Of a stretch of DNA of 42,884 nt, positions 1-8,945 are shown piece by piece. The position numbers were made by a program, and so were the translations under genes. Under the pieces are notes generated by a model. It was not told where the DNA came from. It searched no databases and saw only the letters and a list, made by a program, of their open reading frames with translations. Origin of the DNA: Candidatus Micrarchaeia archaeon (GTDB lineage Archaea > Micrarchaeota > Micrarchaeia > Anstonellales > Bilamarchaeaceae); contig JBKHJL010000005.1 in NCBI GenBank assembly GCA_046538155.1, positions 1 to 42,884 of the forward strand, written 5' to 3'. The number at the start of each line of letters is the position of its first letter. Position 1 is the first letter of the stretch.

Positions 1-55
1 CACTGCGAGAAAATTTGATTCGGGCTCGGGGGGATTCGAACCCCCGGCCTACGGA
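1..55 (-). repeat. 55-bp exact duplicate of the tRNA-Lys 3' half plus 20 nt of downstream flank (second copy 148-202)
   Basis: cactgcgagaaaatttgattcgggctcggggggattcgaacccccggcctacgga occurs at 1-55 and 148-202; it may extend beyond the window start. Confidence 0.95.
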
Positions 56-167
56 CACCAGGCAAGGGGGAAGTGTCCCCCTCGCCTAGTGGAACCTGCT
101 CCCCCTCTTTATTTTGGAAGATATACATGCATCTCACCACCTTGAAACACTGCGAGAAAATTTGATT

Positions 168-242
168 CGGGCTCGGGGGGATTCGAACCCCCGGCCTACG
201 GATTAAAAGTCCGCCGCTCTGGCCAAGCTGAGCTACGAGCCC
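168..242 (-). tRNA. tRNA-Lys(TTT)
   Basis: GGGCTCG acceptor stem, anticodon arm GCGGA-CTTTTAA-TCCGT, TTCGAAT T-loop, no encoded CCA. Confidence 0.97.
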
Positions 243-362
243 AAATAAAACAGTTTAGAGTTAAGAGAGCATAACCAATTTAAATACATCAGCGCTCCCA
301 AAAAAGGAGCACACCCAACCTCTTTTTTTAAAAACATTCGTTCTCTAACATTACCCTTGACT

Positions 363-433
363 GCCGGGATGGCAGATTGGCTATGCGCCTGGCTGCAGAC
401 CAGGATAGTAGGGTTCGATTCCCTATCCCGGCT
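363..433 (+). tRNA. tRNA-Cys(GCA)
   Basis: GCCGGGA/TCCCGGC acceptor, CCTGG-CTGCAGA-CCAGG anticodon arm, GTTCGATTC T-arm, U discriminator. Confidence 0.96.
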
Positions 434-434
434 T

Positions 435-1001
435 ATGCTGTTCATCTTTGATTTTGATTCCACGCTTGCGGAGCTCAACGTGGACTGGAGCACAGTAAAA
501 AAAGAAGTTCTGGATTATGCAGAATCAATAGGGGCAAAGACCGACCCCTCCACCCACCTGGTAAACATCTCAAACAATATTTCAGAGAATGAAGAAACAA
601 AAAAAGAGGTGGACCGCATTTTCAGGAAGCACGAGAGCAGGGCAACAAAAGAAGGGAATTTCCTGGTATATCCCTCTACAGTCCCCACTCTGAATGCGCT
701 CAGGGAAAGGGGCCACAAAACAGCGATTGCCTCAAACAACAATGAGGAAACGATACGCGAGGTGGTGAAGGTAGGAAAACTTCCTGTGGATGCGATAAGG
801 GGCAGGAACAGTGTATCAAGACCCAAACCCTTCCCGGATATGTTAAATTCCCTAATGGAAGAGTTACAAACCCCGAAAAACGAAACCTTCATGACCGGAG
901 ACAATTTCTGGGACGAGGGCTCGGGGAAGGCCGCGGGCGTCAAAACATTTATAATCAAACCAGGTACATTAGATATTTCACTTTTTGATGGGATTATTTA
1001 G
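435..1001 (+). CDS. HAD-family hydrolase (phosphoglycolate phosphatase-like)
   Basis: MLFIFDFDSTL motif I, ASN motif II, KPFPD, GDNFWD motif IV; the ATG at 435 lies just after tRNA-Cys, so the ORF-track start at 357 is inside/upstream of the tRNA. Confidence 0.9.
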   Translation: MLFIFDFDSTLAELNVDWSTVKKEVLDYAESIGAKTDPSTHLVNISNNISENEETKKEVDRIFRKHESRATKEGNFLVYPSTVPTLNALRERGHKTAIASNNNEETIREVVKVGKLPVDAIRGRNSVSRPKPFPDMLNSLMEELQTPKNETFMTGDNFWDEGSGKAAGVKTFIIKPGTLDISLFDGII

Positions 1002-1268
1002 CTTCATTCAATGAAAGAGCAAACGTTTATCAGGTAAGCGTGGCAAGCGGCAGAAAAATGAAGAGGGATACTCGCGCAAGTTCGTAAGATAAGCGGAATA
1101 ACCCACAATATACTTTTGAAGAAGAACGCGGTTTATTCGCGCATACTCTCCAAAGAATTTGTAAGTATACTCAGACATATCTAACTCGAAAGTCCGGCTT
1201 AGTAAAATATTATAAAGAAATCGGCTCAAATAACCCTTACAAACTCAAAAGGCGTGAAGAGTTTGTAT

Positions 1269-1372
1269 AGCCCCGTAGTCTAGAATGTGGTAGTATATTC
1301 TACTATGTGGATTTTGGTCAAGGACCCGGGACTCTGGATCCCGTGACCCCGGTTCGAATCCGGGCGGGGCTA
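1269..1372 (+). tRNA. tRNA-Gln(CTG) with a 29-nt non-canonical D-loop intron (about 1285-1313, position 16/17)
   Basis: AGCCCCG/CGGGGCT acceptor, CGGGA-CTCTGGA-TCCCG anticodon arm; the insert forms TCTA/TGGA helix with GAA and TTT bulges; mature length 75 nt. Confidence 0.93.
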
Positions 1373-1443
1373 TTCTTCCCTTTCTTTTTTGTAAAAAAGA
1401 AAGGTTCGGTTCTCCCAAAGAAAAAACAATTTGTGCATAGTAC

Positions 1444-2223
1444 TTATCGCTCTATTTTCACTTCAGTTCCGTATTCCCTTGCAAACCCTTCAATAAGCTC
1501 CCGGTGCTCCTTCCTCACTCCTTTTTTCTCAATCAGCACTCCGCAGGTTTTCTCCACGGACTTTTCCATTGCCTGAACAAACGTATCCATCCCGATGGAA
1601 GATGCACGGTATTTGGGGAGGATGTGCCCTGCTGCCCTTTCCGGGTCCCCAAGGCCCAATTTAGTAAATTTCTGTGAATAGTGTCCCCCGCCAACGCAAA
1701 AATAAGAATCATAGACTGAATCAGATTCCAGCATCTGAATCACTGCTTCGGCATTAATCCTTGCGGCAACAGGGTTTCCCCATTCCCTTTCCGAGCTGCC
1801 GATTTCCACGAACATTATGGGGGCGGAGCAGGTGGGCCCATGGTGGTCAACTTCCATGTTCACGTTCCAGCCCAACCCGTATTTTTCATTCCCCTCCGCC
1901 TGCCCCCTGAGTATCTCTTTCATTCCACTGGCCATAACTGTATTCAGGGTGCGGGGCTCCCCCCCAAAATCAGCAGCATCCCAGTTCCCCGGCACATGCA
2001 CGGTCAGGGCAGGATATTCCTTTTTGCTTTTGTGGGTGGAGAGGACCACCAATCCATCGCTTTCAAAATTGGCAGGAACTTCAAGTATGTTTTCCACTTC
2101 TGTATCCACAAGGGTGTGCCCCTTCCACTTCCATGCCCCGCCGGATTCAGAAAAGCATTCTTCCATGAGTATTTTTGCAGGGTTTGCGCTTGCAGCTATC
2201 CTGGAACTGAATAAGATGTGCAT
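1444..2223 (-). CDS. dtdA: D-aminoacyl-tRNA deacylase (archaeal DTD2)
   Basis: Motifs LSTHKS, LTVHVPGN, EVDHHGPT, FVEIGSSE, GGGHY, GHILPKY; start placed at MHILFSS. Confidence 0.93.
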   Translation of the reverse strand: MHILFSSRIAASANPAKILMEECFSESGGAWKWKGHTLVDTEVENILEVPANFESDGLVVLSTHKSKKEYPALTVHVPGNWDAADFGGEPRTLNTVMASGMKEILRGQAEGNEKYGLGWNVNMEVDHHGPTCSAPIMFVEIGSSEREWGNPVAARINAEAVIQMLESDSVYDSYFCVGGGHYSQKFTKLGLGDPERAAGHILPKYRASSIGMDTFVQAMEKSVEKTCGVLIEKKGVRKEHRELIEGFAREYGTEVKIER

Positions 2224-2254
2224 AGGATTAACCGGATTTCTTGACCCAAAACAC

Positions 2255-2262
2255 TTATATAA
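2255..2262. promoter_or_regulatory. Palindromic TATA box between divergent dtdA and CorA-like genes
   Basis: TTATATAA about 23 nt before the ATG at 2285 and about 32 nt before the ATG at 2223. Confidence 0.5.
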
Positions 2263-2284
2263 ATGTTCTGGCTTTTTATCTCCC

Positions 2285-3112
2285 ATGATTAAGAAGTTCA
2301 CCGATTTCGGCAAGTTCAAGGCCGCTGCAAAAGAGCACAACATCATCAGCGACCTTGACAGCCTGTACAGCCTGGACATCGTCTTTTACGAGGATTATGA
2401 CGAGAATTACATGATTCTCAGCATCCCATCGGTGGACGGCACCCCAAACCAAATACTTATCCTTGCAAAGGACTTCAACCTGGCATACGTGCCTTCTACA
2501 AGCAGGCGCTACAAGAAACTCAAGCTCTCAAAAGTGAGGAAAAAGAAGTACCAGGCAAGCACCCTCCTGTTTTACGAACTTGTTTCATCTGCACTTGACT
2601 CTTATTTCCAGGAGCTTGGCCAGCTAAAGCGGGAGGCCCATGCCCTGCATGACTGTCCGGACATAGATGCAGTGGAAAAAGTTTCCAAGAGGAACCGGCA
2701 GGTAAGGGATATTGCAGAGGATGTGCTCCGCTTGTGTATAGAAGCAGAGGAAGAGGAGTTCAAATACGTGAATATTGATGTTATTCCTTATGAATTCGAC
2801 ATTCTCCTGGCCCGTGCCCGCCACCTGGTGGACCGCATAAAAGGAGTGAGGCGGGAAACAGATGTCCTGCGCACAAAATGTGACATTATAGAAACAAGGA
2901 AGCTTAACAAGCGCATTGAGCTGCTTACCAAGATTATGGCGGTCCTCACTGTTGTAAGCCTGATAATCTCTGTCCCCAATACAGTTGCTACTTTCTACGG
3001 AATACCCATTATCGGGGAGGCTGCAGACCTTGGGGTGATACTCTGGCTTCTTCTGGTTTCCACAGCATTTGCCCTAATCATTTCATACATCTATGTGCGT
3101 GAGGTTCTCTAA
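2285..3112 (+). CDS. CorA-like divalent cation transporter family protein (degenerate signature)
   Basis: Long helical stalk, then LNKRIELLTKIMAVLTVVSLIISVPNTVATFYGIP and a second TM helix, matching CorA C-terminal layout. Confidence 0.7.
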   Translation: MIKKFTDFGKFKAAAKEHNIISDLDSLYSLDIVFYEDYDENYMILSIPSVDGTPNQILILAKDFNLAYVPSTSRRYKKLKLSKVRKKKYQASTLLFYELVSSALDSYFQELGQLKREAHALHDCPDIDAVEKVSKRNRQVRDIAEDVLRLCIEAEEEEFKYVNIDVIPYEFDILLARARHLVDRIKGVRRETDVLRTKCDIIETRKLNKRIELLTKIMAVLTVVSLIISVPNTVATFYGIPIIGEAADLGVILWLLLVSTAFALIISYIYVREVL

Positions 3113-3113
3113 A

Positions 3114-3407
3114 ATGGACGACAGGCCGGAACACATAATTCTCTCTCCCTGCACAACCTCCAAGACAATTGAGATGAGGACAAGGGCGAAGATTGACCTG
3201 GAAAAGGCGGAAAAGGAACTTTCCCCTGACCATGAAGTACTGGCCAAGACTTCAATATTCCTTTCCTTTGGGCACAGGGGTAAACAATTCACTTTATACA
3301 AGAGCGGAAAAATAGTAATAAAAGAAACAGAATCAAAAGAGGGAAAGCCTTTGCTGAAGGAAGTATTTGAATTGCTTAAGGGCAGGGGGTGCCTGTTTGA
3401 AGATTGA
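3114..3407 (+). CDS. Hypothetical small protein, possible single TBP-like (helix-grip) domain
   Basis: Abuts both neighbours; IDLEK...FTLYKSGKIVIK pattern. Confidence 0.65.
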   Translation: MDDRPEHIILSPCTTSKTIEMRTRAKIDLEKAEKELSPDHEVLAKTSIFLSFGHRGKQFTLYKSGKIVIKETESKEGKPLLKEVFELLKGRGCLFED

Positions 3408-4038
3408 TTTCCATGTGCACACAACCCATTCCTTTGATGCAACAATCTCCGTGCACAAGCTCGCGGAAAAATCCAAATCACTTGGGATAGTTCCTGCAAT
3501 CACTGACCATTACTCAATGTCCGCCATATCCAGAATGGAAAAAGAAAAAATCCAGTTTATTCCTGGAGAGGAACTGCGGGTTTCCACCCCCCTGGGCCAT
3601 GCAGATCTGATCGGGCTTTTCATGAATGAGGAAGTTAAGAAGGGAACTGAGGTAAACGAAGCCATTGACCGGCTCAGGGCCCAGGGCGCAATAACCTATG
3701 CCCCGCACCCCTTTGACCCGATGAGGGCAGGCCTCCAGGATGAGGAAATTCTTAAAAAAATCCAGGTTATTGAGGTTTTCAATTCCCACTGCCTCTCCCG
3801 GTTTGACAAGCAGGCCGAGGAGTTTGCCAGAAAGGAGAATAAGCTTAGGGCAGCGGGCAGTGATGCACATTTCCTTTTTGAATTCGGAAAAACATATGTG
3901 GAGCTTGAGCTTGATGAGCTGGAGCCATCAAAGCTCCTCAGGGCCCTGAAAAAAGGAAAGATATGCGGAGTGAGGAGCTCAAAGCTCAGGAGGATTGCCC
4001 ACAGGTTTGCCTCAAAAATCCTAAAACCATTTTTTTAG
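3397..4038 (+). CDS. PHP-domain metal-dependent phosphoesterase
   Basis: KIDFHVHT, AITDH, PGEE, APHPF, IEVFNS, GSDAH; TTG start after GGGGGTG. Confidence 0.92.
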   Translation: MKIDFHVHTTHSFDATISVHKLAEKSKSLGIVPAITDHYSMSAISRMEKEKIQFIPGEELRVSTPLGHADLIGLFMNEEVKKGTEVNEAIDRLRAQGAITYAPHPFDPMRAGLQDEEILKKIQVIEVFNSHCLSRFDKQAEEFARKENKLRAAGSDAHFLFEFGKTYVELELDELEPSKLLRALKKGKICGVRSSKLRRIAHRFASKILKPFF

Positions 4039-5061
4039 GGTATGCTGGCTTTCTGCTTCCTTTATTATGCCGGACATCTTTTCCAGCGGCCCGGAAACCC
4101 TTTCCCCTGAAAAATCGTGCTTTTCAACAAGCAGTTCTTTTACCTTTTCCTGGTCTGTCCCCCTCCATTCAAGTTCCCCAATGTCTTTTTCCACCGGAGG
4201 GTTCAGGAAAAACCGGTATACCTCCTCAATCCCCTCTTCAAATTCATAATCATATTTTTCCTTTACGTGCTCTTTTACTTTTTCAAGGGTATCGTTCTCT
4301 TTTACTATCTTCAGCCCGGTCTTCGGTCCCACCCCCTTTACCCCGTCATTGAAATCCGTCCCCTCCATTAGCCCGATTAGCACTAACTGTTCCCTACTTA
4401 TTCCGTGGGTTTCCAGGGTTTCCTTCAGGTGTATTATTTCCGGGTAAACGGTTACATAGCGGTTCTGCCTGGGGACCTTTCTTTTTCCGGTTATGGATAG
4501 GTTGCGCACCAGTGCAGGGCACCCGAACAGCAGGGAGTCATAGTCCTGGGAGCCCGAGGCAAAGCAAAGCCCCTCTGATACCATCCAGGCCGCTTCTGCC
4601 TCACCCTCGCTCGGTGCCTGCACCCAGGGAATCCCCATCCCAGAAAGCAGTTCTTTGCTCTCCTCAACCATTTCGGGGGTGAGCCTGGAGGTTGCCTGTG
4701 CATACTTTTTTGCTTCCTCTATTTTTTCTTCAGCAAGGGCCTTTTTCCATTTGAATTCCGCCTCTTTTTTTGCCTCCCTCCTTTCAGCAAGCTCGTCCTC
4801 CTTGAATTTTGGGGGCTTCCCGTCAAATACATAAACAGGTTTCAGCCCTCCGGAAACAAGCTTTGCCGTGCGGTAGAAGAGCCCGGAGAGGTGGCCGGTA
4901 ACCCTTCCCTTAAAATCCTTAAGCGGAGTCCCGTCTTCCTGCCTTATTGAGGCAAGAAACTGGTAAAGCATGTTCATTGCATCTATTGCAATGGGCTTTC
5001 CTGAAAAATCAGATATTTCTGCTTTGCGCTTTACTGCGAGGTCTCCGAGGTCAACTCCCAT
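4021..5061 (-). CDS. fen: Flap endonuclease 1
   Basis: MGV start, AIDAMNMLYQFL, VFDG, APSEGEAEAA, SQDYDSLLFG, GTDFN, C-terminal PIP box QHTLKKWF. Confidence 0.98.
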   Translation of the reverse strand: MGVDLGDLAVKRKAEISDFSGKPIAIDAMNMLYQFLASIRQEDGTPLKDFKGRVTGHLSGLFYRTAKLVSGGLKPVYVFDGKPPKFKEDELAERREAKKEAEFKWKKALAEEKIEEAKKYAQATSRLTPEMVEESKELLSGMGIPWVQAPSEGEAEAAWMVSEGLCFASGSQDYDSLLFGCPALVRNLSITGKRKVPRQNRYVTVYPEIIHLKETLETHGISREQLVLIGLMEGTDFNDGVKGVGPKTGLKIVKENDTLEKVKEHVKEKYDYEFEEGIEEVYRFFLNPPVEKDIGELEWRGTDQEKVKELLVEKHDFSGERVSGPLEKMSGIIKEAESQHTLKKWF

Positions 5062-5538
5062 CTATTTCCCCTTCTTCTTGTTCTGCATTTCCAGCATGTC
5101 AAGCAGGCTGAGCTCTTTTTTGCTGTGTTTCGTCAGTTCGGACGGGACTTCGGAATCTTCCACTTTTTCAAGTATTTTTATGTTCAATGCCCTCTCAAGC
5201 TTTTTTGCGATTTTTATGGGTATGCGGACTGATTCGTTTTCTATTTTGTCCAGGTAGCTTGCCTTTTCGTTTATCTGGTTTGCAAGCTCCTCTATTTTCA
5301 TGTTGCGGGACTCCCTTGCCCTCCTGACTGTTTTTCCATATCCCTCCATCAGGTCTTCCTCCAGCTTCAGGGTTTTTGGGGCACTCCTCGCCCTGGCAGG
5401 TTTGGGGGCCTCCGGATCTTCTTCAAGGGAAAGCACTATTTTCCCGTGGTAAGCACATCCTCTGCATGCTGCCATTTTTGCTCCCTCAATCTCAACTATG
5501 AATGAGGCTTCCCTCTTTCCGCAGATGTCACATTCCAT
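5062..5538 (-). CDS. Archaeal multiprotein bridging factor 1 (Zn ribbon + HTH)
   Basis: CDICG...IEGAKMAACRGC zinc ribbon; YGKTVRRARE...LANQINEKASYLDKIE...KLERAL HTH. Confidence 0.93.
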   Translation of the reverse strand: MECDICGKREASFIVEIEGAKMAACRGCAYHGKIVLSLEEDPEAPKPARARSAPKTLKLEEDLMEGYGKTVRRARESRNMKIEELANQINEKASYLDKIENESVRIPIKIAKKLERALNIKILEKVEDSEVPSELTKHSKKELSLLDMLEMQNKKKGK

Positions 5539-5591
5539 ATTTGTTTTTTTCTAACAATGCATTTTTATATTGTTGGTGCAAATCCCTTCCC

Positions 5592-6965
5592 ATGCAAAAA
5601 AGTCAGGGGAAAAGCTGGCTGGGACTCATAGCCCTGGTCGCCGTTACTTTTGCTGCGATATTTGCAATTCTGGAAACAGACTTTTCCGCACCCCTCAAGT
5701 TTTTCGGCTCGATCATTGTGCTGCTTGCCTCTGCAAAAGGGGTTTCCCTGCTCACAGGAATGGAATCAGAATGGGGGATAATGCTTGTACGCACCAGGAA
5801 GGGAATAGAAATAGTAAAAGGCCTGGCAAAACACGAAGAGTTCTGGAAATACTTTGCAGACCTGGGGACCTGCCTTGCATTTGGCATTCTCGGATTTTTT
5901 GTGGTAAAACGCCCGAGGAAAGAGAAGGTAAAGGTACTTGCATCAGCAATGATTGTGCTTACGTTTCTCCTGTTTTTTGTTTCCCCGATGGTCCTCCCCT
6001 TCCTTACCATTTCCCTCGGCCTTACCTTGGGCACTGAAAGCGGGAGCGTAACCGAGAGCCAGGACCTCCTTGGCCCCGCACTCCTCTCAGCCGCGGTTTA
6101 TATCGGGGGACTCTCAACCATGGTAACCCTTTCCATAATCAATTATGGGCTGACTGTTGCAACAGCCCTTGTCGATTCCTTTGTTTTCGGGGCGGATACG
6201 ATTTCCCAGACTTCCCCCGGAGTAACCCTTATCCTGCCAGGAGTCAACATTCCTCTGGTTGAGGGCATACTGGCCCTCATACTCATACTGGTTGTGCACG
6301 AAGGCTCTCATGCAATCCTTTCGGTAATAGGAAGGGTTCCCCTGCTTTCCTCAGGTCTTGCCTTTTTTGGGGTAATCCCTGTGGGCGCATTTGTTGAGCC
6401 GGATGAAAAGCGGCTTACCACCAAGCCCGCGGAAGTCCAGACCAGGGTGATTGTTGCCGGCTCCACTGCCAACCTGCTCACCGCAGTAATTGTGTTCATT
6501 CTGCTTTTTGCATTCCTTTTTGCAACTTCTCCCTTCAGGGAAACGGGCTGGCTTGTTGTTGACGGCATGATAAACAATACCATAATCTATTCTGTAGACG
6601 GGGTAGAGATGGATGGTGTGCAGCAGCTTGGCCTGACTCCCGGGCAGGTAGTCACTCTTGAAACCAATTATGGAACCATGGACAAGGTTGTGGATGAGGA
6701 TGGGATGCTCGGGATACATTATGTGCCCCTTTCTTCCCCTCCTTACGCCCGCTACAATTTCTTTCCCCTTGATTTTATTTTCCGGTTCCTTGCGCTCACA
6801 TTCTGCCTCAACTTCATAATCGGGATTGTGAATCTCCTTCCCCTTCCCTTCTTTGACGGCTACCGCCTGGTTGAGCTGAACATCAGTGAGAAATGGATAC
6901 CCAAGGTAATAATGTACATCTGTATAGGCGCATTCCTGATGAATTTCCTGCCCTGGTTTTTTTAG
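5592..6965 (+). CDS. Site-2 protease (M50) intramembrane metalloprotease
   Basis: VHEGSHA, GAFVEPDE, AGSTAN, NLLPLPFFDG; multiple TM segments. Confidence 0.93.
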   Translation: MQKSQGKSWLGLIALVAVTFAAIFAILETDFSAPLKFFGSIIVLLASAKGVSLLTGMESEWGIMLVRTRKGIEIVKGLAKHEEFWKYFADLGTCLAFGILGFFVVKRPRKEKVKVLASAMIVLTFLLFFVSPMVLPFLTISLGLTLGTESGSVTESQDLLGPALLSAAVYIGGLSTMVTLSIINYGLTVATALVDSFVFGADTISQTSPGVTLILPGVNIPLVEGILALILILVVHEGSHAILSVIGRVPLLSSGLAFFGVIPVGAFVEPDEKRLTTKPAEVQTRVIVAGSTANLLTAVIVFILLFAFLFATSPFRETGWLVVDGMINNTIIYSVDGVEMDGVQQLGLTPGQVVTLETNYGTMDKVVDEDGMLGIHYVPLSSPPYARYNFFPLDFIFRFLALTFCLNFIIGIVNLLPLPFFDGYRLVELNISEKWIPKVIMYICIGAFLMNFLPWFF

Positions 6966-8375
6966 GGCGTTATCCCGCTAAGTTCAGGATATTCTTCTCT
7001 CATCCAGTTTGCAAAATCCACAATATACTGTGAAAATTCTTCAAAATTGCTTTCAGAAGTAAAGTATCCATACCCTGGCACGTTCAGGTTATTCAGGTGC
7101 TCACCCTTGACTACGCCATAGTATGAACTCGTCATGAATGATGGCATGAGATTTGGTTTTGTGGAATAAGGGTGCTCCAGCAGGTCATCCAGCACAGGGT
7201 AGTTTGCACACATGAACGTGAAACCCTCCTTAACTATGTAGCCTCCTGTATTCTCCTGAGCTTCCTGTTCTGCTTCCTCCTGGCTCATTTCTGTATCGTC
7301 AAACCCATTTCTCCCCGCTTTACTCATCCCGTATGTCCTCCCAAACATCATTGTGGAATGCATCCTGAAATATGCCTTGAGCATATTCTTGATTCGCTCT
7401 TTTTCGGTTTCATCTATTTCAGATGAGAGGTTTTCCTCTGCCCAGTCGTCCAGCTCACTTCCCTCTAGCTCTCCTTCAAAAGGGAGGTTGAGCAGTTCAT
7501 CCGGATTTTCAGGGTTATGGTAGTGCCCATGCCAGATTGCCCCCACCAGCTGGTCGTCCTGCCACGTATCTCCCAGCACATTGAAGAATAGCCTTGCCTT
7601 CTGCGCAAAATTAACCCGTTGTTCTTGGCTTAGGTATGAATGCCATGCATCGTGCAGGAGCTCATGGAAAACAACATTTCCTCCACTGGATTTCAGCGCA
7701 AGCATTTGGTATTCTGGGCATGCCTCAAAACAGTTTGCAGTGTATCCTTCTTCAGTGCTTTCCATCCTAAACCCAAAAGCGCCATTAAGGAATTTGCCCC
7801 CATAATCTGTGCCAGAAACCACAAGGAAGATATTGTTTGGCAGTATGCTGCTGTATGCATCATCTTCAAAAAAAGAATTTTGAATATTCAAGCACGTTCC
7901 GCAGCACTTCCCTATTTTCTTCTTTTAATTCTTCAGGGATGGACTCTTCTGAGGGGTAGCCCCCCTTCATTTCCCAGATTTCCAGCCCCGTGTCATTGAA
8001 CTTAAGCGATACGTTATGCAGAATCTCTTCTCCCCCTTCAAAAGTTATGATATGTGCAGGCCACCAGATTTCCTGCTCTGTGGTTTCAGTATCGGTTTCC
8101 CACTCACTTGTATCATGTGCCGTGTCCTGCTCCGGGAAGGAAGCATCCAGTCCCTCTTCACTGTCGGTACCTCCTGCCCCGGCATCCCTGTCTTCATACT
8201 CACTTACTGGCGCACATCCTGCGAGGTTGACTATGCCCACTGCAGTAAGCACCATATCTTTTGTGCCTTTTGCAAGCTTTATTGTGAGTTCTCCAATTCT
8301 CCGTGGGGTAAGCCCCCTCAGGTACGGCTCCTCCTCTTTTTTTGGGGCTTTTTTCTGCTTTTGTCCATTACCCAT
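6962..8375 (-). pseudogene. Putative exported lipoprotein with HEXXH metallopeptidase motif, split by a +1 frameshift in a T7 run (ORFs 7866-8375 and 6962-7891)
   Basis: NLAGC lipobox and acidic linker in the upstream ORF; VFHELLHDAWH in the downstream ORF; removing one base from 7868-7874 fuses them (YSKFFF-EDDAYSS). Confidence 0.65.
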
Positions 8376-8406
8376 AAACAAAATTAAGCATGAAAATCAC
8401 TAAAAA

Positions 8407-8424
8407 TGGGCCCGCCCGGATTCG
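8407..8424 (-). repeat. 18-bp duplicate of the tRNA-Val(GAC) 3' end (att-like site)
   Basis: tgggcccgcccggattcg is identical at 8407-8424 and 9718-9735. Confidence 0.88.
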
Positions 8425-8522
8425 GCTTAACTGTTTCCGGGTGCCGGTCTCCGGCGGCACGGAAGGGTTTTCCGGTCCGGGTTTCCAGGTTGTGGTGAAG
8501 CGAACCCACCCTGGACAGCCAG

Positions 8523-8945
8523 CTATTTTTCAAGGGCTTTCCCGGCAATTTCCAGAAATTCCCTTGCCTTGGAAACAAAATACTCTGCTTCATCCTTTGT
8601 TGTAGTGGCACCTGCGTATGCAATCCCATGGCGCTTTACCCTAAGCTGGTTTCCAATCTTTGCATACCTGGAAATTTCCTCTTCAAACTGGAAGAATTCC
8701 ATAACTGCTGCAAAAAGGCAGGCATGGGTTTTCTCATTGTATCCTCTGGAATAAAGAAGGGCACGGGCCGCATGGAAACACCCCATATACGCAAGCATCT
8801 CTGCCACTTCCCATTCATTAATCCCCAAATTTTTCTTTGCAGAAAGTATGAATTTTTCAGCAGAATCAAGCTCAGGCTGCGCCAGCATCTTCTTGCTTTC
8901 ATCCTTCATTATCAGTTTTTCATCCGTACAATCCCGGAGCCTCAT
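8523..8945 (-). CDS. HEPN-domain protein (toxin partner of MNT)
   Basis: AEKFILSAK, AYMGCFHAARALLY, KTH, RHGIAY, EAEYFVSKAREFL; ATGA overlap with the MNT stop. Confidence 0.9.
   Translation of the reverse strand: MRLRDCTDEKLIMKDESKKMLAQPELDSAEKFILSAKKNLGINEWEVAEMLAYMGCFHAARALLYSRGYNEKTHACLFAAVMEFFQFEEEISRYAKIGNQLRVKRHGIAYAGATTTKDEAEYFVSKAREFLEIAGKALEK

Noticed and set aside
21..91. Split (trans-spliced) tRNA-Lys 3' half or intron-containing second allele
   Set aside because: The leader is self-complementary, no BHB forms, no matching 5' half is in the window, and an intact tRNA-Lys is adjacent
1008..1267. 73-aa minus ORF and 9-bp inverted repeat TACAAACTC/GAGTTTGTA before tRNA-Gln
   Set aside because: TTG-start ORF with no motif; a single short inverted repeat is insufficient to call an element
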